Shown one piece after another: positions 1-17,100 of a stretch of 64,000 bases of DNA. Positions within the stretch are counted from its first letter, which is position 1; the number at the start of each line of letters is the position of its first letter. Made by a program: the position numbers and the translations under genes. The notes under the pieces were generated by a model. It was not told the DNA's origin. It did no database searches and worked only from the letters and a program-made list of their open reading frames with translations. Origin of the DNA: Antedon mediterranea. Its lineage: Eukaryota > Animalia > Echinodermata. The stretch lies in assembly GCF_964355755.1 (NCBI RefSeq), contig NC_092673.1:6448001-6512000 (forward strand), given 5' to 3'.

Positions 1-235
1 ATGTATTCAGTATGACAGAAAACTGGGTTACTTTCAGGCACTTTTAGGATAATTTAACTGACAAACTGACCAAATTTCAATAGAGAATTATATATAAAAC
101 AATAACTGATTCCTGGCTACAACATTATGGAAGTATGTTTCCATACATCTTTTACTGGGGTATTAATGTGAAAGGGTCATATAGAATTTGCGCTATATAA
201 ATGAATACATTATTGTACTGGTTAGATGATGATAA

Positions 236-1880
<1,645 letters not shown>

Positions 1881-2523
1881 ATACCTCTCACAATGCTGAT
1901 ACAATGACAGACAATACCAAAAAGACTTTATCTGTTTTTCTTACAACAACCAATACTTTTGATATAGGCCTCTTGTCAAACATCTGTTAATTAATGCAGT
2001 ATACAGTAGATAGTATGAAGGTTTGGTTTTCTTTCCTTATGAAAAAAAACTAGACGTACTAATTTAAAACTGTTGTATTATATTATACAGTATAGCGAAA
2101 GGACAGAACAGTTTTCTGTACTTTATAACGATCATTGAAACATGATTTTGGTATAGCAATTCCATGACTTTCAATTCTGCAATTAATAATCTGTACACCA
2201 CCAACCTTCAATGCAAGGATCTGGTATATTTTCCCATTGTACCGCAATATGGCTATAGTTAACAGTGAGAATTATGTTTATGTTATTACATTATTAGCTC
2301 CACCTACAAAAATAGTAGTGTGAGAAGGTTAGCATGCTTGGTTACCAATGGTGAGGTCCCATATTCAAATCCTGGCTATCACATTAAGTACCAGATTTTT
2401 TTTCCTGCCAAAATCAGCAACACTACCCAAGCCCGATAGGTGACTTTATTTACCATCCTGTAATTTCATTTTAATTCTGGTAGTGTGTGTTCAAATAAGA
2501 AGGGCATGTTAGAAAAATTACAG

Positions 2524-3000
2524 GGGCGGATTGCTATAAGTGGTCTATAAACGGTCTTAGCCGGCTCTAATTTGTGACGTAGCAAGTAGTCTTTATTATA
2601 GACCATTGCTATACAGCGGTCTAACCTGGAAGCGGTCTTTAAAATTAAAGCCTACTCGAAGGAGTCTTAAAACAGTCTGAAACCTCTATTTTTAATTATA
2701 TGTATTATTGATCGTGAAATGCAACCAATTGAACAAAGTTTTAAGTGGTAAATCAAGTAATAAACGGTGATCTTATCTTATATGGATCTAAAGTAGATTT
2801 TTTTGCATGGAAATGTAATAATAATAATAATAATAAGATTTATAGAGCATTACCTTATTTGGTATTCTCTGCAGTCTGCATTAGTCTTGGCTAACACTGT
2901 TTTATAGCAATGGTCTAACAGGGGTGGCTTTAGTAAGACTGTCTATCTGATAAAGACAACTTTAATCCGGGAGTTAAGACTGTTTTATAGCAATCCACCC
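2524..3000. mobile_element. Harbinger-like non-autonomous element with CAG target duplication
   Basis: CAG-GGGCGGATTGCTATAA...TTATAGCAATCCACCC-CAG. Confidence 0.7.
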
Positions 3001-5114
3001 CAGTTCTCTGTAAACTATTTTTGGGGTTGTCATACGGTAATCCCACAATGCAACTGACTGAACTTTCACATTGAATCGTTGGTGGAAAATAAATTGTAAA
3101 ACGGGATATGGGTGTATTCAATTTGATATTTATTTCACTGTTCCTAATGAAAATGTTAATGACTGGTCATATATATTAAATATGATTTCTGAATTTCTTT
3201 TACAATATTGTGAATATTTATTGACATTTAAACATTAAAATTATTGTATAATGCATGTGTATAAGCCATGTATTGAAATCAAGATGTATGGACTCACCAT
3301 GCCTACTTTAAGTTTGAGGTGTTTTTAAAAAAAACCAATCAACTTCTCTTTATTATGTAATAATTAATGCTTTTTGTATTATTTAAGAATTTATTCACTG
3401 ATATGTAAATCATGTGTTATGTTATCTAAGATTTGCTGACAGTACATATTAGAGTGTTTATCAATAGAATATGTAGTTTTACATAGATAATTTGTGTACA
3501 TTAAATCCTTATCTTGGTAACTTATTTTTCTGTGTAGTGCAGTTATTGTGTTTAACACACTAAAGCGTAACCTTGCCTTTTGATTGGTTCATACATATTC
3601 ACATGGCATGCATTTCTTGGTTCCATTCTCATGATTAGGGTGGTACATTGCATTCAAATTTTTTTTTAAATGTAATTTTTTGGATTGGCTTAAGGTCGAG
3701 CCTTCAACATTCACAGTAGGAAAGACAGACCATCTCATTGAGTTCATGGCCCTGGCTTGTCGTAGCAAGAAGTTAAAAACAGAAGAGAAAAAGATGCTTT
3801 AAATAGAATCATTAATATAAAATATCAAACTTGCTTAGCTTGCCTTAAATCCTTGATTTTGCCTAAATCAGATTATTAATATATCTAAGCAAAAATATTT
3901 GCTTAATTTTGTCTTAAATTTAAGACGAACAAAACCCTGCCTTAAGATGAAAAATTTCTTATTTCTGCAATAGAAACATTCTTTTTTTGACAACGCGAGC
4001 ATGCTAGGCCAGAACATTAAATATTCGGAAAGGCTACACTATTGCGTTTTCCGCTGTACTACGAACGCTAAAATAATGGTCTCAATCACGCAAAAAACAC
4101 ATTATAATAATATGAAATGGTAGAAAATAATCACATAAAATTATTTTTCTTTTAATATGAAAACCAGATATTTACACAACACAAAATACATTAAAACATC
4201 ATAAAATGGTAAACACATTTTAGATAAAACAGTTCTTGCATGGGTACATCTCTAAATCATTATGTAACATGTAGATTGTAGAATAAAATAAAGTATCTGT
4301 TCTTACAAACTAAAACAAGAAAATGTTTTCACAATGAAATATAACTGAATGTTGTAAAATAGTCTAAAATGCTTTCTTTCCTATACTTCATTATTATTAT
4401 AATTACATATAAATATATAAACAAAAGCAATCAAATAAATAAAACAATTTGCAACAGTAACATTCTTCGTTTAAAATGTTGGAAAATCTGTAGTGAAAAA
4501 AATAAATAAATTTTGTGCATAAAATAACACTGTAAAAATAATCTGTATTTCCAGATTTAATGGACAGAACTAAAATTTCTTTCATTTTTTGTTGTTGGGT
4601 TGTGTAACATCTTTTAATCATTGACCAGTATGCAATTTTAAAATGGAAACAGTTTTGAAATCAACAAATAATCCCATAATTCAATTGTACTGTAAATCAG
4701 CTCCAAAATGTCTTCAAAATTTAAAATATTTGCATTTAATTCAACTGGTGACCGCATCAGATTTCATGTGAATTGACAAAAGGTCTACAGACCTAATAAG
4801 CAATATATGTAAGTAAATTTCACTGACTAATTTATACTGACTTATACACAAGCTTTTAAAATGCAAATGTCATATTCAATGTTGTGTACACCAGAGACTC
4901 AGTCAGAACATACACTGGCAGACCTAGCATTTGGAATGTAACATTTTCATTTAGTACAAAATGTCCATTATAATGTGTCATTATTCATGTTGTGTAGACC
5001 AGAAAATCTTATATTCAATTGTACACTAGTGCAAGTCTCTTCAAAGAACATACACTGTTATTTTGGAATGTAAAATATAAATTTCAATACAATACAATTT
5101 CTATAATGTTACTT

Positions 5115-8100
5115 TCAGTGTTGTGTAGACCAGTTATTCCCATAATTAAATGGTACACCAGCGGTAGGCTGTCCAATGAACGGTGTATTTGTTGAAGGGT
5201 TGGATTGGCCTATGTAAGCATTATTATAGCTATGGCCGTGTTGATTGCCGTAATATTGGCCTGCTGGGAAGTTATACATGTTTTGATTCAATGAGTGGTT
5301 AACCTGAGATTGCATCATATACTGCAACCCTGGTTGTACACATGGAAGGTTTGGTTGCACATTCGGTTGCATGTTTGGTCTTACATTTGGTTGCATATTT
5401 GGTCTCACATTCGGTTGAATGTGTGGTGGAGGCATACTTGATTGCATGTGTGAGTTAAAGGTCGGCTGGATATGTGGTGGATTCCAGCTTGGTCTATGCA
5501 TGCCACGTTGTGGTGCCTGTTGAATTCCTTGTGGAGGTGGAGGCAGTCCTGGTGGTGGTCGAATCATATTTACTTGTGGTTGCGCTGCATACACCTGTTG
5601 AGGTTGTGACCCGTAAGATTGAGGATACTGGAGACAAGGCCGGAAATGATGGGTATAAATTTGCGTAGCTGAATTTACATGGGAACTTGGCGGATATTGC
5701 GGAGCCAGACTATAATACGTTGTTCCTTTTTGAGTGACAGATGCAGACGGGATGAATTCTGTACTTGCTGGAATGTTGAAACTTTCCAAATCTTCGCAAG
5801 GCTTAAACGGTTCAACGACGTTCATCTTCTTACAGGTGTCACCCAGAGTCAGTATTTTCTCACTTTTGATCGACACAGGACTTGTTAAATTCTTTCTAGT
5901 ATCTGAATTGGAGATTTGATCGTCGTGAACTGATGCATGCCTTGACGTGGACGATGTGTGGATAGACATTGTGGATGCATGCCCCTGGGAAACCAGGTCA
6001 TTCACTACACCTGTGAAAGTGGTATTACGAATAAAGGTAGTTTTATTGATAAACGTATACTCATACTACAGTAACAGAAAAAACAGTGATTTCTGTGTGT
6101 TATTTATAATATATTTCACTTTAAAACATATAAATCTAATTACTGTACAAACAATTCGTAAACAGAAACATAACAAATTAAACATTGCTGTATAATTAGG
6201 CCTTAAAAAATCTAAGGGTCAGAAAATAAATTATATTTTTTTCAAAAACCAAACCAACCAAATGATTGAATTAACAATAAAATCTCATTTACATTTTTTA
6301 TAATTACTGTATTAAAAATTAATCTATTTCCCTATAAAATAACACTAAATTCTACTATTTTAAGTCACTACCTAGTTTAAAAAGAAATATTGAAATTCAA
6401 TTTTTTAAACATTGTTAAATAGAAATTTCACAAAATCACTAAAACAATATATTTTTTTCATCAGCTTAAGTAGGCATATCAACTGTTTTCCCATCAGCTT
6501 AAGTAGGCATATCAATGTCGGTCTTATTAACAAGATATTGTATACCTCTTTCAATTTCTTCTGTTTGAATCTGCATGTTTTTCACTTTAGCTTTCACAAA
6601 CGCTATCTGCTGCTCAATTTCTGTCAGTTCATCCACCAAGCCATTTCCACCATCCTCCATCATCGCAATGAGTATCTTTTGCCTGAAAAACAAACATTTT
6701 GAAACAATCATTTACAGATGTACATATTTGTAGTTTGACAATAAAGAACCTCAGCGGAGGATCCAGGAAGATCCAAATGCCTAAAATTGTGAAATTAAGT
6801 GTTAAACTTATTTAGTAACCTGTCCTATCTTTTGCATTGCAATTCCCGAAATTTGTATTATGTCATGAGTTGTCTGGCAAATCGCGAATTTTTAGTAAAC
6901 ACACTTTGTAAATAAATCGTAAAAAATGTAAATGTTGATTTTTTTAAATTGTTTCTTTTGCTTATCTGGACTCATTAAATAGATATTGCAAATGCACCTG
7001 TGACGTCACACCAATTTACGGCGAGTGCGTGCGATTGTTCTGAAATCATATGTACATCCCTAATACATTGTAAAAATACTGTCCTCGGTCAAGTTGTCCT
7101 TTAACATTAAAAAATGATTCTATCTACAGGGAAATCTTTACTCGAGTTTAATCAGTGATTATGACATTGACAACTGGGTTCAAACACCGCCTCTATTTGT
7201 GTCAACTTTAAATTAGTTTTCTGTACTAGTTTTTGAATATTTATTTTTAATTATTTATTTTTAATTCTTTAAATAGAATTTTTGGATATTTGCACGATTG
7301 GCGTGCCATACGTGACTTGTTGAAAGCCTGTAAAACCATGGTGTTAACACAATTGAGTTGATGTAAAACAATTATTACTGATATTATTTGTTGTCTACAC
7401 TATCAAACTTTATGTGACAAAAAATGTGATGTGCCAATATATGGACATGATGATGTCATATCACTACCATATTTGGGCACATCACACTTTGTTTAAAACT
7501 AGTTTGATGCTAATTTTCTTCTTCCTTACATTCTATTTGTTAACTTGAGGGCATTTTGGTACAGTACTTATTTTACAAACCTTTTTCTTTCTGATACTTG
7601 TAACATTATTTTTAATAGATCCAAGTCATCACTAACAGTTTCATCATGTGGCTCCACAGGTGATGTTTCTCCCTGAAAAAAATGATCAACAAAATATTCA
7701 CTGTAACAGTTAAACACATCATTAATCCTAATGGGATAATTGTGTACCCTGTGTCATTCAATGGTAGTTCTCTACATGGTAAAGCAGGGATGTCACCAGC
7801 TTTTTGGAGTGCCGGTCGGCAAATTTCCGGGGGGGGGGGGGGGGATACACCGGGGTTCCCCCCCCCCCCGGGGTTTGTCGTTATTTCAGCGAAACATAAA
7901 GAATTATGAAAATAAATAACAAATTGCGTCAGGTCTTGGCCTAACCTTGTACCACCGGGGAGTCGCCGTTATTATTCGCGAAAACAAAAAAACGCTCACG
8001 AAATGAATAGCAATAGATCGCGTCAGGCTTAGGCCTAGTCTTGTAGACACTACGACCACTAAGGCCTAGCCAAGGCTTAGATAGATGCCCCAAAACCCAA

Positions 8101-11100
8101 AATCTTAATTCCACAAAAACGGGCGCTTCTTTATTTAGGCCTAATCCCTAATCAAATAATGTAGATAAATTATTAGCCTATAGACCTTACTACTTGTTGC
8201 TCGATATAATGTTCGTGTTCTTTTGCGCGAGAGTTTTTTAGCGTATTCGCGAATTCCGGATTTTTTGTTTCACAACTGTGCGGCAAGCATGTAGTGCATG
8301 GCCGGCAAGAACAGAGACACGTGTTTATGGGTTAACTGAAGTTCAGCAACCTGAAGTTATCCCAGGGACGTGTAATTATTGTACCATGCTCGGCGATCAT
8401 AAACGAACGAACTTGCCCGGTCTCACTGAACCATGCGCATGTTTTTTGTTTTTTTTTAAATAGTTCGTAGAGTACAAAAATGTAAAACTAGTAACATAAT
8501 ATAATTAAAGCAGGGTGACAAAACATTCAGCAATTAAAAATGATTTTGTTTGGGTCTATGTAGTTATACATTATTAATTACTGCGTACTTGTTTGTATTT
8601 TTAATCTGTGCAAAATAAAACGCTTGAATGGTCGCTATGTGAACTTTAAACTTGTACACTGTGCTGTGTAGCATGTTGTTCGCCATGACTCACAAGCTGT
8701 ATACAATGAATACCAGGGCAGGGTAGGCCTGGTATTGTGTTACAAATAAAGTAACGTACGTAACCACGGAAACATTTGCTGTAGTCTTTTGTCTTATCTA
8801 TATGAGGCTAGCTTGTCTGTTATTAACGATGTGCTAGGTAAAATGTTTTAGTACGAATTTTAGTTAGGCCTAGGCCTAAGAAATATCGTAATGATTAATA
8901 AATAATAGTGGTGGTCGGCAGCCTGTAAATCCTGGTCGGAAATGTTGAGTGCTGGTCGGGGCCGACCAGCGCCGACCAGCGTGGTGACATCCCTAAAGTA
9001 TAAAGTATAATATGATAACATTGTTTAAAAAACACTCGATTGTATTCTTGCAATTTGATTGGTTAATTACGAATCATGTGTCATTTGGAATTAACCTTAA
9101 CTAAAGTGATATCTAATGGTGATAATTAACAAGCTCTAATGCACATTCAGCTTTTTGTAAACATTTAAATAACTTTGCCAAGCGACGTTGTTGACTGATA
9201 GCATTTTAAGATCAACTTGCGAGCCATAACTGTTCTACTCCGCGACTAAAGTTGGAAAGATTCCCGGCCTAGTATTTCTCAAAGATTTACGATGGATAAA
9301 TTTTAAAAAAAGTAGTTTTTTTTTATTTGTTTAATGTAGAGAATATTTCATTCGATGAAAAGTTGACTGGACAGGACAGAACTAATCGGTGATGGTTACG
9401 ATGTTTGTTTGATAAATTAGAGAGAATATCTACCTTCCAGTAAGGATCTTCCGCACTAAATTCTTCAAAAACTTGTGTTAGTATTGAGGATAGGTCAGAT
9501 GACTGATCCTCAAATACCGCTACTAGACTTGGAATTCTATTTAAAAAACCATTAAAAACACATAAATTTCAAATTCGGACTCAATAATTATAGCAATAGC
9601 ATAATCAAATAATTCAAGGAATATTAAATAAATAGTTAAATGTATCTGTGAAAAGATAAAAATATTTAAATAAAATTGTTTTAAAAATACATAAAGCTAA
9701 GTGCATTTATTTCAAATTTATTTCAATCTTACTTTGGAAAGATACTGTAAACATTCCTAATTATGCATCCTCCTGTTAACAAGTACAAGTGTACACAATT
9801 TTCACTTACTTTTCAAGTGGATATAATGTGATATAGGGGCTTGGATCCGATTGGTCATCTGCTGGCCCTCTAGTGACTTCATACCTTTAAATTCAAAGAA
9901 ATACCATCAGCAGATTGTTACATTTCTCCATTATTTTTCTCAATTGGGTTAAATACTGTTACTCATTTAGTAATCCCAATACTACAATTATTAGCCTGAA
10001 TAGATGCATTTTGCTAGCCCCAACTACTACAGTATTGCCTCAACTAGTCATATCTCTCGGTGTCCGAGTCTTGTGAATGATTCTACAGAAAACAACAGAC
10101 AACTACTGTAGTTCCCCGGGAATAATCCCACCCCCTTGTAAGTGAAATTTCTCCAAATTTTGGAGGTGGCTACAATTTAAACTAGCTATATATTCCGATG
10201 TAGGCCTAGTAATTAAATGGTCTGGTCATCTAGGCCTAGACGGCCTAATTGGTCATACCTGTGCTATGTCTACCGTATAGACTTTTCCCTAGATTTCTAT
10301 TTAAAAAATATCCTAAAATGTGATCTAGGCCTATAGCTTCCTAAATAATATCGACACGAACTTGTACAATTTCTCCAGCGGTTCCACACGCTTGAGCTCT
10401 GTCTAAATCTTGTTGCATTTCAAGCAATTTAATAGTGATAATAATCTTCTGGTATAGAGCAAATCTTGATATATTGATATTATATAAAAATTGTAGTAAC
10501 AAAGTATTCATACTCATCTAGCTCTGCAAATACATCTGGATATTCTTCCCGTGAAAGTGAAATGGATTGGATACCAAGTTGCTTAATCTGCATCTAAAAT
10601 AAAATACAGATAATTTGTTATTAATTACAGTAATAGTACAGTCCATATATTGTCTGCTAACTTCAGGAGGCCTCCTTAACGCAACAACGTATCACATATG
10701 TACAACAACAGTGCTGCAAACATCACTAAAGGAAATAGAATTACTGTAGTTTGATTTCATGCAAGAACATTGGAAAACATACAGCACATAGTCAAACGTA
10801 TGCAAGCTGAACCAGGTCAAAGGCTGAACCAGGTCAAAGGCTGAACCAGGTCAAAGGCTGAACCAGGTCAAAGTCTACAACAACTAATAGACGTGCAAAA
10901 AGCAGGTTTGATTTCATGCAGGCGGGGCAAACACAATTATTGGAAGGGCATTTTCTTACATTGCTGAGGTAACGATGCGTTACTAGTGGGAACCACGACC
11001 TAAGTATAAGAAGACTAATGACAATTAAATCCTAACCAAAGTTCGCAGTTTACAATGAGCTCTGCAAAATGGTTGCAAACAATTAGATAGGCCTACACCT

Positions 11101-14100
11101 CTACACCCACCACTATGCATCTGTTACATCAATTAGAGTATATCATTTTCCTATACAATCCTCATATGGGAAACATTTTTTAACAAAAACTTTATTAATT
11201 TTAATGCTACAAGGAAATAGAGTTAAAAGTGTAATTTTAAATAAAATCATGTGGTACACATTGTTCTCCCAATATAGAAGTCAAGTCCGGCAAATTGACA
11301 AAATATACTGTAGCCTTTGATTGCTCTTGTTTGTGTTTAATGTTTTGGCCTAACCTACCACTAGTAGATAAGCGATTATTTTATGTATAATATTCTTGCA
11401 CCATTTTTAATACTGGTTGGAGCCAATTTAGTAATTTAGCAAATCCTGCTGGCAAAACGGGAGAACACTGGGTAAATTATAGTATTTGTAGTTAAATAAT
11501 ATATTTATTTGGATTCCCTGTCTGGTTGGCATCACTTTGCATTCACCTTCGTTCAGTTCTTGTCTATGCAAATACTTACAACTTGAGTGACAGCATCCAC
11601 ATCAATCAAGGTTCGTAGGTTTGCACTTGGCAAGTATGGAACGCCGATGTGATTGATTAGGTGAATTGTACGGTCATTTCCAAGATCAAGACTATTAAAA
11701 ACAATACAAAATGATTATACAAATAATGATCGTTTGTGAGTGCAATGGTACAAATGGTGAAAGATGCGAAAGACTTCTAATTATTAGCGAGTCAAAAGGC
11801 CAAGCGGTTTAGGCAGGGCACCATTAACTGTACCTAAAGAGCCAACAATAACAGCATGGTTGCAGTCTCCCCTAGTTCTGGTGATGCAACAACAAACTGT
11901 CATCTAGTGGACACTGTTTACCTCTGTCTACTTAGAATCCAGTTCATCATTATTCGGGACGAGTAGGGGTTTACCCCTGTAAATTGGTTCAAAAAATAGT
12001 CCTGTACGAGGGGGATTCCTACCTATTTGATGGTAATGTAAGTAACTAATGATAATACTTGGCGACATGTGCCTGAAGATAAATAAAATAAAACAAAATT
12101 AAAAAAATAAAATGTGAATGAGGCACTTACTACATAATAAACCGATTGCTTTCAAGATCATCCAAATCACCACCCATTTCACGATTCATCTGTTCCATCA
12201 ATTCTTCATCATCCAACTCCTCGACAACCGGATAAATTCTAACATCTTCAACGAACTCTGGAGACTCCTCTGTTCCTGTAACCTTTTCTAACATTGGTGG
12301 GCCAATGCTCAAGTTATTGAACTGGGTGTCAAGTCCGGTTGGAGAGGCTAAGCTTAGCCTAGGAGGGGTTAAGGAGCTTGATCCAATGACCTCTTGACCA
12401 TCTTCTTGCATTGCAGTAGAATTGTCATACACTAGTGTTGGTATGTCCAAGCCGTACCCAGTCATCAAACTGTACTCTGAATACTATGAAGGTATTTAAA
12501 TAAAACTATTAATATAAATATACAAAAGTAAGATATACACTCCATTAGTTATATGCATGTTGTTGGGCGACACATGTCACATTGATGTATAATGTACTGA
12601 AATACTGTTTCAATTAGTGTTCATCAATTGGTAATCATCTGGAATAGCCAATTGTTTTGTTGTAAAATGCCATCCTCCATTTGCTAGTGTATCATAGAGT
12701 AATCATATACTAGTTGTATATGCATGTACGTTGAGCATATATCCTCGTAACCACAAAATTAAAACCAGAATTTTACACAAATTTTTCAAATTATCTTTAT
12801 CACTAATTTTATGTATGGATACAGTGGCCATTTGGAAGAGTGATCCCTGCCCTGTTTTAGGCTGCCTGTTTGTATAACTGTTGTTGCCTCTTGACTCTTT
12901 CTAGTTTTAATAATTAATGATTGCAGCTACTAGAATACTATTAATTCAAATTTAAATAAAATGAAATTTCCAATAACACAATAAAACAACATACTGGTTT
13001 GTCTTTGTCCATCAACGTGTCGAAGGTCGCAAAGTTCTCGCTCACCAGGACATCATTGATGTGTATATCCTCTTCAGTGCTCGTGTCTGTTAAGCATACA
13101 CACAAAACTCTCTCCTAAAGTAGACAAATATTTTATTTATACTATTGTTTATAGTGTACTATTTTTTTGGAAAGAAAGCGATATATATATAGCAATCTCA
13201 GAAATGTAGATAGATTGTTGGGATATCAATATTATCAATTGGGAACATTTGTAGTCAACTTAAAGATTCGTTACTTTTTACATTCGAACAATAAACGGAT
13301 TTTGCTCAACAGAAAATCATTTGAATAGAAAATGACAAAGCAATCTTTTTCGTAAAGAACAATCTCAACGGTAAAGTCCCAATCGAATACGACAAATAAG
13401 TTACCATACAAAATATCCCTTTAATAGGATGTTATGTCCTCTTAATAGGAGTTAGCCATAACATATTGCCATAGGAAAGTAAGATTAATTTATTAGTCCA
13501 ATAGTTACAATTGGAAAATCTTATTTGGCGAAAAGTTAATAATGAAGTTGTCTGTGAAGCGCTTCTGTGTAAAATATTGAATAAAAAAAAGGTTGTCTGT
13601 AATTTGTTTTACCTGAATACCAGTTACCAAGGCAACTAAAGCTTTGTCAAGACAAAGTTGTAGAATTCTATCTTGTACTGGCTTTGTCCATGTTTCCTGA
13701 AAGAAAATAAATTTATTTTCCATAATAATAATTGTTGTTGTTGATTAGTAACAATGCAAACAAGTTGAGTGATTCTTGTTGAGTGAAAAATGGGGTGGTA
13801 AACAGTTTAAAAAAAATTAAGAAAAATCAGCATTGCCAAGTAAAATGATTGTAGGAAACTATGTAAATATTGAATATAAAACAATAGAAATAAATTTCAT
13901 GGTTAAGAATTATTCACAATTTTCTAGGTGAAAGAATTACAAGATAGCAGCCGACCTACTTCCTAATTATCACTTAACCTAATCCTTTATATAATCTCTC
14001 TTTTACTATAAAGTAAAAAGAAGCTGCTCATGGGATTGAACCCCATACAAGTCTAAACCATTCTACACAAACAAATCGATAGAAAGTGTCTGCATTATAG

Positions 14101-17100
14101 TCAATTCTTATTTCACACCTAATGCATATTCAATAAGGTAGCAGTATATGACTAATAACTAATGTTTTCTGCATTGCTTACTTACAAATAAACAATGCAG
14201 TATGTAAAATGAGGATTTATGGTGCTATCTATTGTAACATACCAATGATTAGAGTTGTTGTTACTACTTGTTTGTCTATGTAATTTGTATGGTATATTGA
14301 AATAAATCAAAAACTAAATCTCCGTCCACACTATCACATTTTATGTGACAAAAAAAGGTGATGTGCCCATATATGAACATGATGATGTCACAGCACTACC
14401 ATATATAGGCACATAACATTTTTTTGTCACACAAAGTTTGATAATATAGACACAGCTTAAGCCTACCGCTACAGGTTTGAGGAACGAAAGCTTTGCATCA
14501 TAGCCTTGAACTGGTAGGTGAAACATAGATGATCTGGAAAACATTAAACAATACTTTAAGTAACAAGACACTATTAATTAAAGCACTATATAACACTAAA
14601 ATTACACTTCAGCACATACAGTAGGAAAAAACTATAGACGATAAACAATATTATATACAACACAATAATTTACTCTATGCAATGTTGCTGCACTGGTAGG
14701 CGCTACACTGCTGGCAGCCTTGGGTTCGTAGAGGGCCTAATCCAAATTTCCTCAGTTTCCAGTTAAGCTTCAGGGCCCAGAATAAATACATTTAACATTC
14801 AACACTCCTCACATTGAGATTCGAAAGTAGAAATGGTATAACATTCAAATTGTCTACTATTTTCAAATGATTAAGATTACGGTTAAAAGTACACTTTAAA
14901 AAATCTATTGCTTTTCCGGTTTTGATGTACACAATGATAATGGCATGAACTCCGATAGAAATGATGGTATGATAGAAAGATTTAACATACTTGAGGTATC
15001 GTAAAAGACCTTTTGGTACGCAAGCTACTGTTCCATAATCGACATACTTCACCTGTAAAAAAAGAAATAAATTAAAAAATCAAAAATATCTGTCATAACA
15101 CAGAGTTAACATTGTTACATATAAAAAAAAGTTTATATAGTAGAACCTGTTCCTTTGGGAAATGCTTATTCAGGGGACATCTCTATTAAAGGACACGCCT
15201 ATTCAGGGGACACTTTCCTGTGAAACAAATGATACAAAGTATCTTTAATACTACAGCCAACCTCAATTCAGGGGACAACATATTCAATGGGAACTTTTTT
15301 GGGTCCCGAGTGTGTATGCCTTGTTTGTCCTTTTATCAGTTATCTTTGTTTTTACACCTTAAGTTATAATTGTTTATCAATCTTTACTTGCATACTTGTC
15401 ATGTTTATTATTGTCTTTCTGTGGATTACTGTTATTATTATTATTACTGTTATTCCTGATGATTAAAATGTTGAATCATGGCTTTTAATGCTTTTCATTG
15501 TTTAAATTTAAACTATATTGGCTATTGTATTCAAACAGACGTAACAAGCTTTTCCTACCTCTACAAAATCCATATTAGTAATTCCTGTAATAATTGCACG
15601 ATGCCAGTTGTGATCTTGTTGATAGAGGGCAGCACACACTTGATTAATTGCGATCATAGATTCGGCCATTTTGTATTTTTCTCCAACATTTGAACAATAC
15701 ACTTCTCTGGTAGTAGCAAAAGAAAATAAATTATATTCAAATAGATTTACACTTGGAAAAAAAACAATATCTTTTCATTGTCAAAAAACACAAAAGAAAT
15801 AGTTGCTACTACCCCAAACACTAGAGGGTACTATATAAATGTTACATTTTTAAAATAATCAAATCAAGCTGAAGCCAAGCACCATATTGGACGACCCTGG
15901 AGGCCAAAAATGCACAATACTTACTCTAATTCATCCATTACTGTTTCGAGTTGTAATAATTCATCATTTTTCAGTTGTAGTGTTAGGTTAGCAGGTGAGG
16001 TGACATTGGATACATAGACTTCAATGTATTCTTCTAAGGGTGGTAAATCATTGTACTTATAACAAACTCCACTGCCTATTGCATCGCTTGGTACTTTACT
16101 ATATAACGGTTTGTATACCTATTAAAATAAATATCAATATGTCAGTAAGTTAGAGGGCGCTGTTTTTCTTAAACATGCAGAACGTGATGATCGTGGCGAT
16201 GATAGCCTTGTTTTTATTCAACTTTACAATGACCAATGTCCTGGTTTAAACAATTTGATGTCAGCTGAATTCAGAAAAATTACTCTATTTTTGGTGAGAA
16301 TTGGTTTTTTTTCAAAATTTATAGTCTAGACCTCTAGGCTAGGCCCACTCTGTCTAAATAAAATGCTAAATTATACACTGGGACTTTGCCCAGGGATATG
16401 CTTGTATGCGAAGGTGATCGTAAAATCAGAGGTGGGATTATACTTGGGGTGGGACTTTACCAGAGGAACTACGGTAATGGTAAAGATTATTAAGCGCAAC
16501 AAGCATACTGGGGATTTCAAAATAATACTTATTTGGCAAATTTCATAACAACATTATATTATGGTTAATAACTGGACAAAATATCATACACAATACACAA
16601 AAAATAGTTTAATAAAAAAAATAGGTTGTTTGTTTACCTCAGGTACTGTGCCTAGAGACTTATTCTTGGAAGGGTATAGGTGAAGGCGACCTGAAAAGAA
16701 AGTTGAATAGTCGTAAAATATTTATTCAATGTAAGAAAGTATCTTTCTGGAAGATGGCATTGAAAAATAATTAGGCAAAACTTAGGCAAACAGCTTGCCA
16801 TTTTCAACAATTCTCTCTCTTCTTAATTGATAAGCCACCACCACTACCTTGATTGTGTCGAGCAAGGTTGAAGCCAACTTGGTTCTGATATTTTTCAAAT
16901 TTTCTGATATCATATGATATGACTTACCTCTTCCTTTGTAGACCACATGCAGTACATCAGGTAGCATTACTATTAGAGTGTCAACATCCATGAAACCATG
17001 GTCTTGCAATGCTAACTCCTCTCCAAATATTTCCTACAAAATTATTTAAATTATTCCAAAAAAAGTGTAAATAATAATGTTTGTATGTTAAAATAATACT

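Noticed and set aside
5115-6005. 296-aa P/Q-rich ORF as a separate gene
   Set aside because: Splices in frame (acceptor at 6011) as the last exon of the TDRD5-like gene
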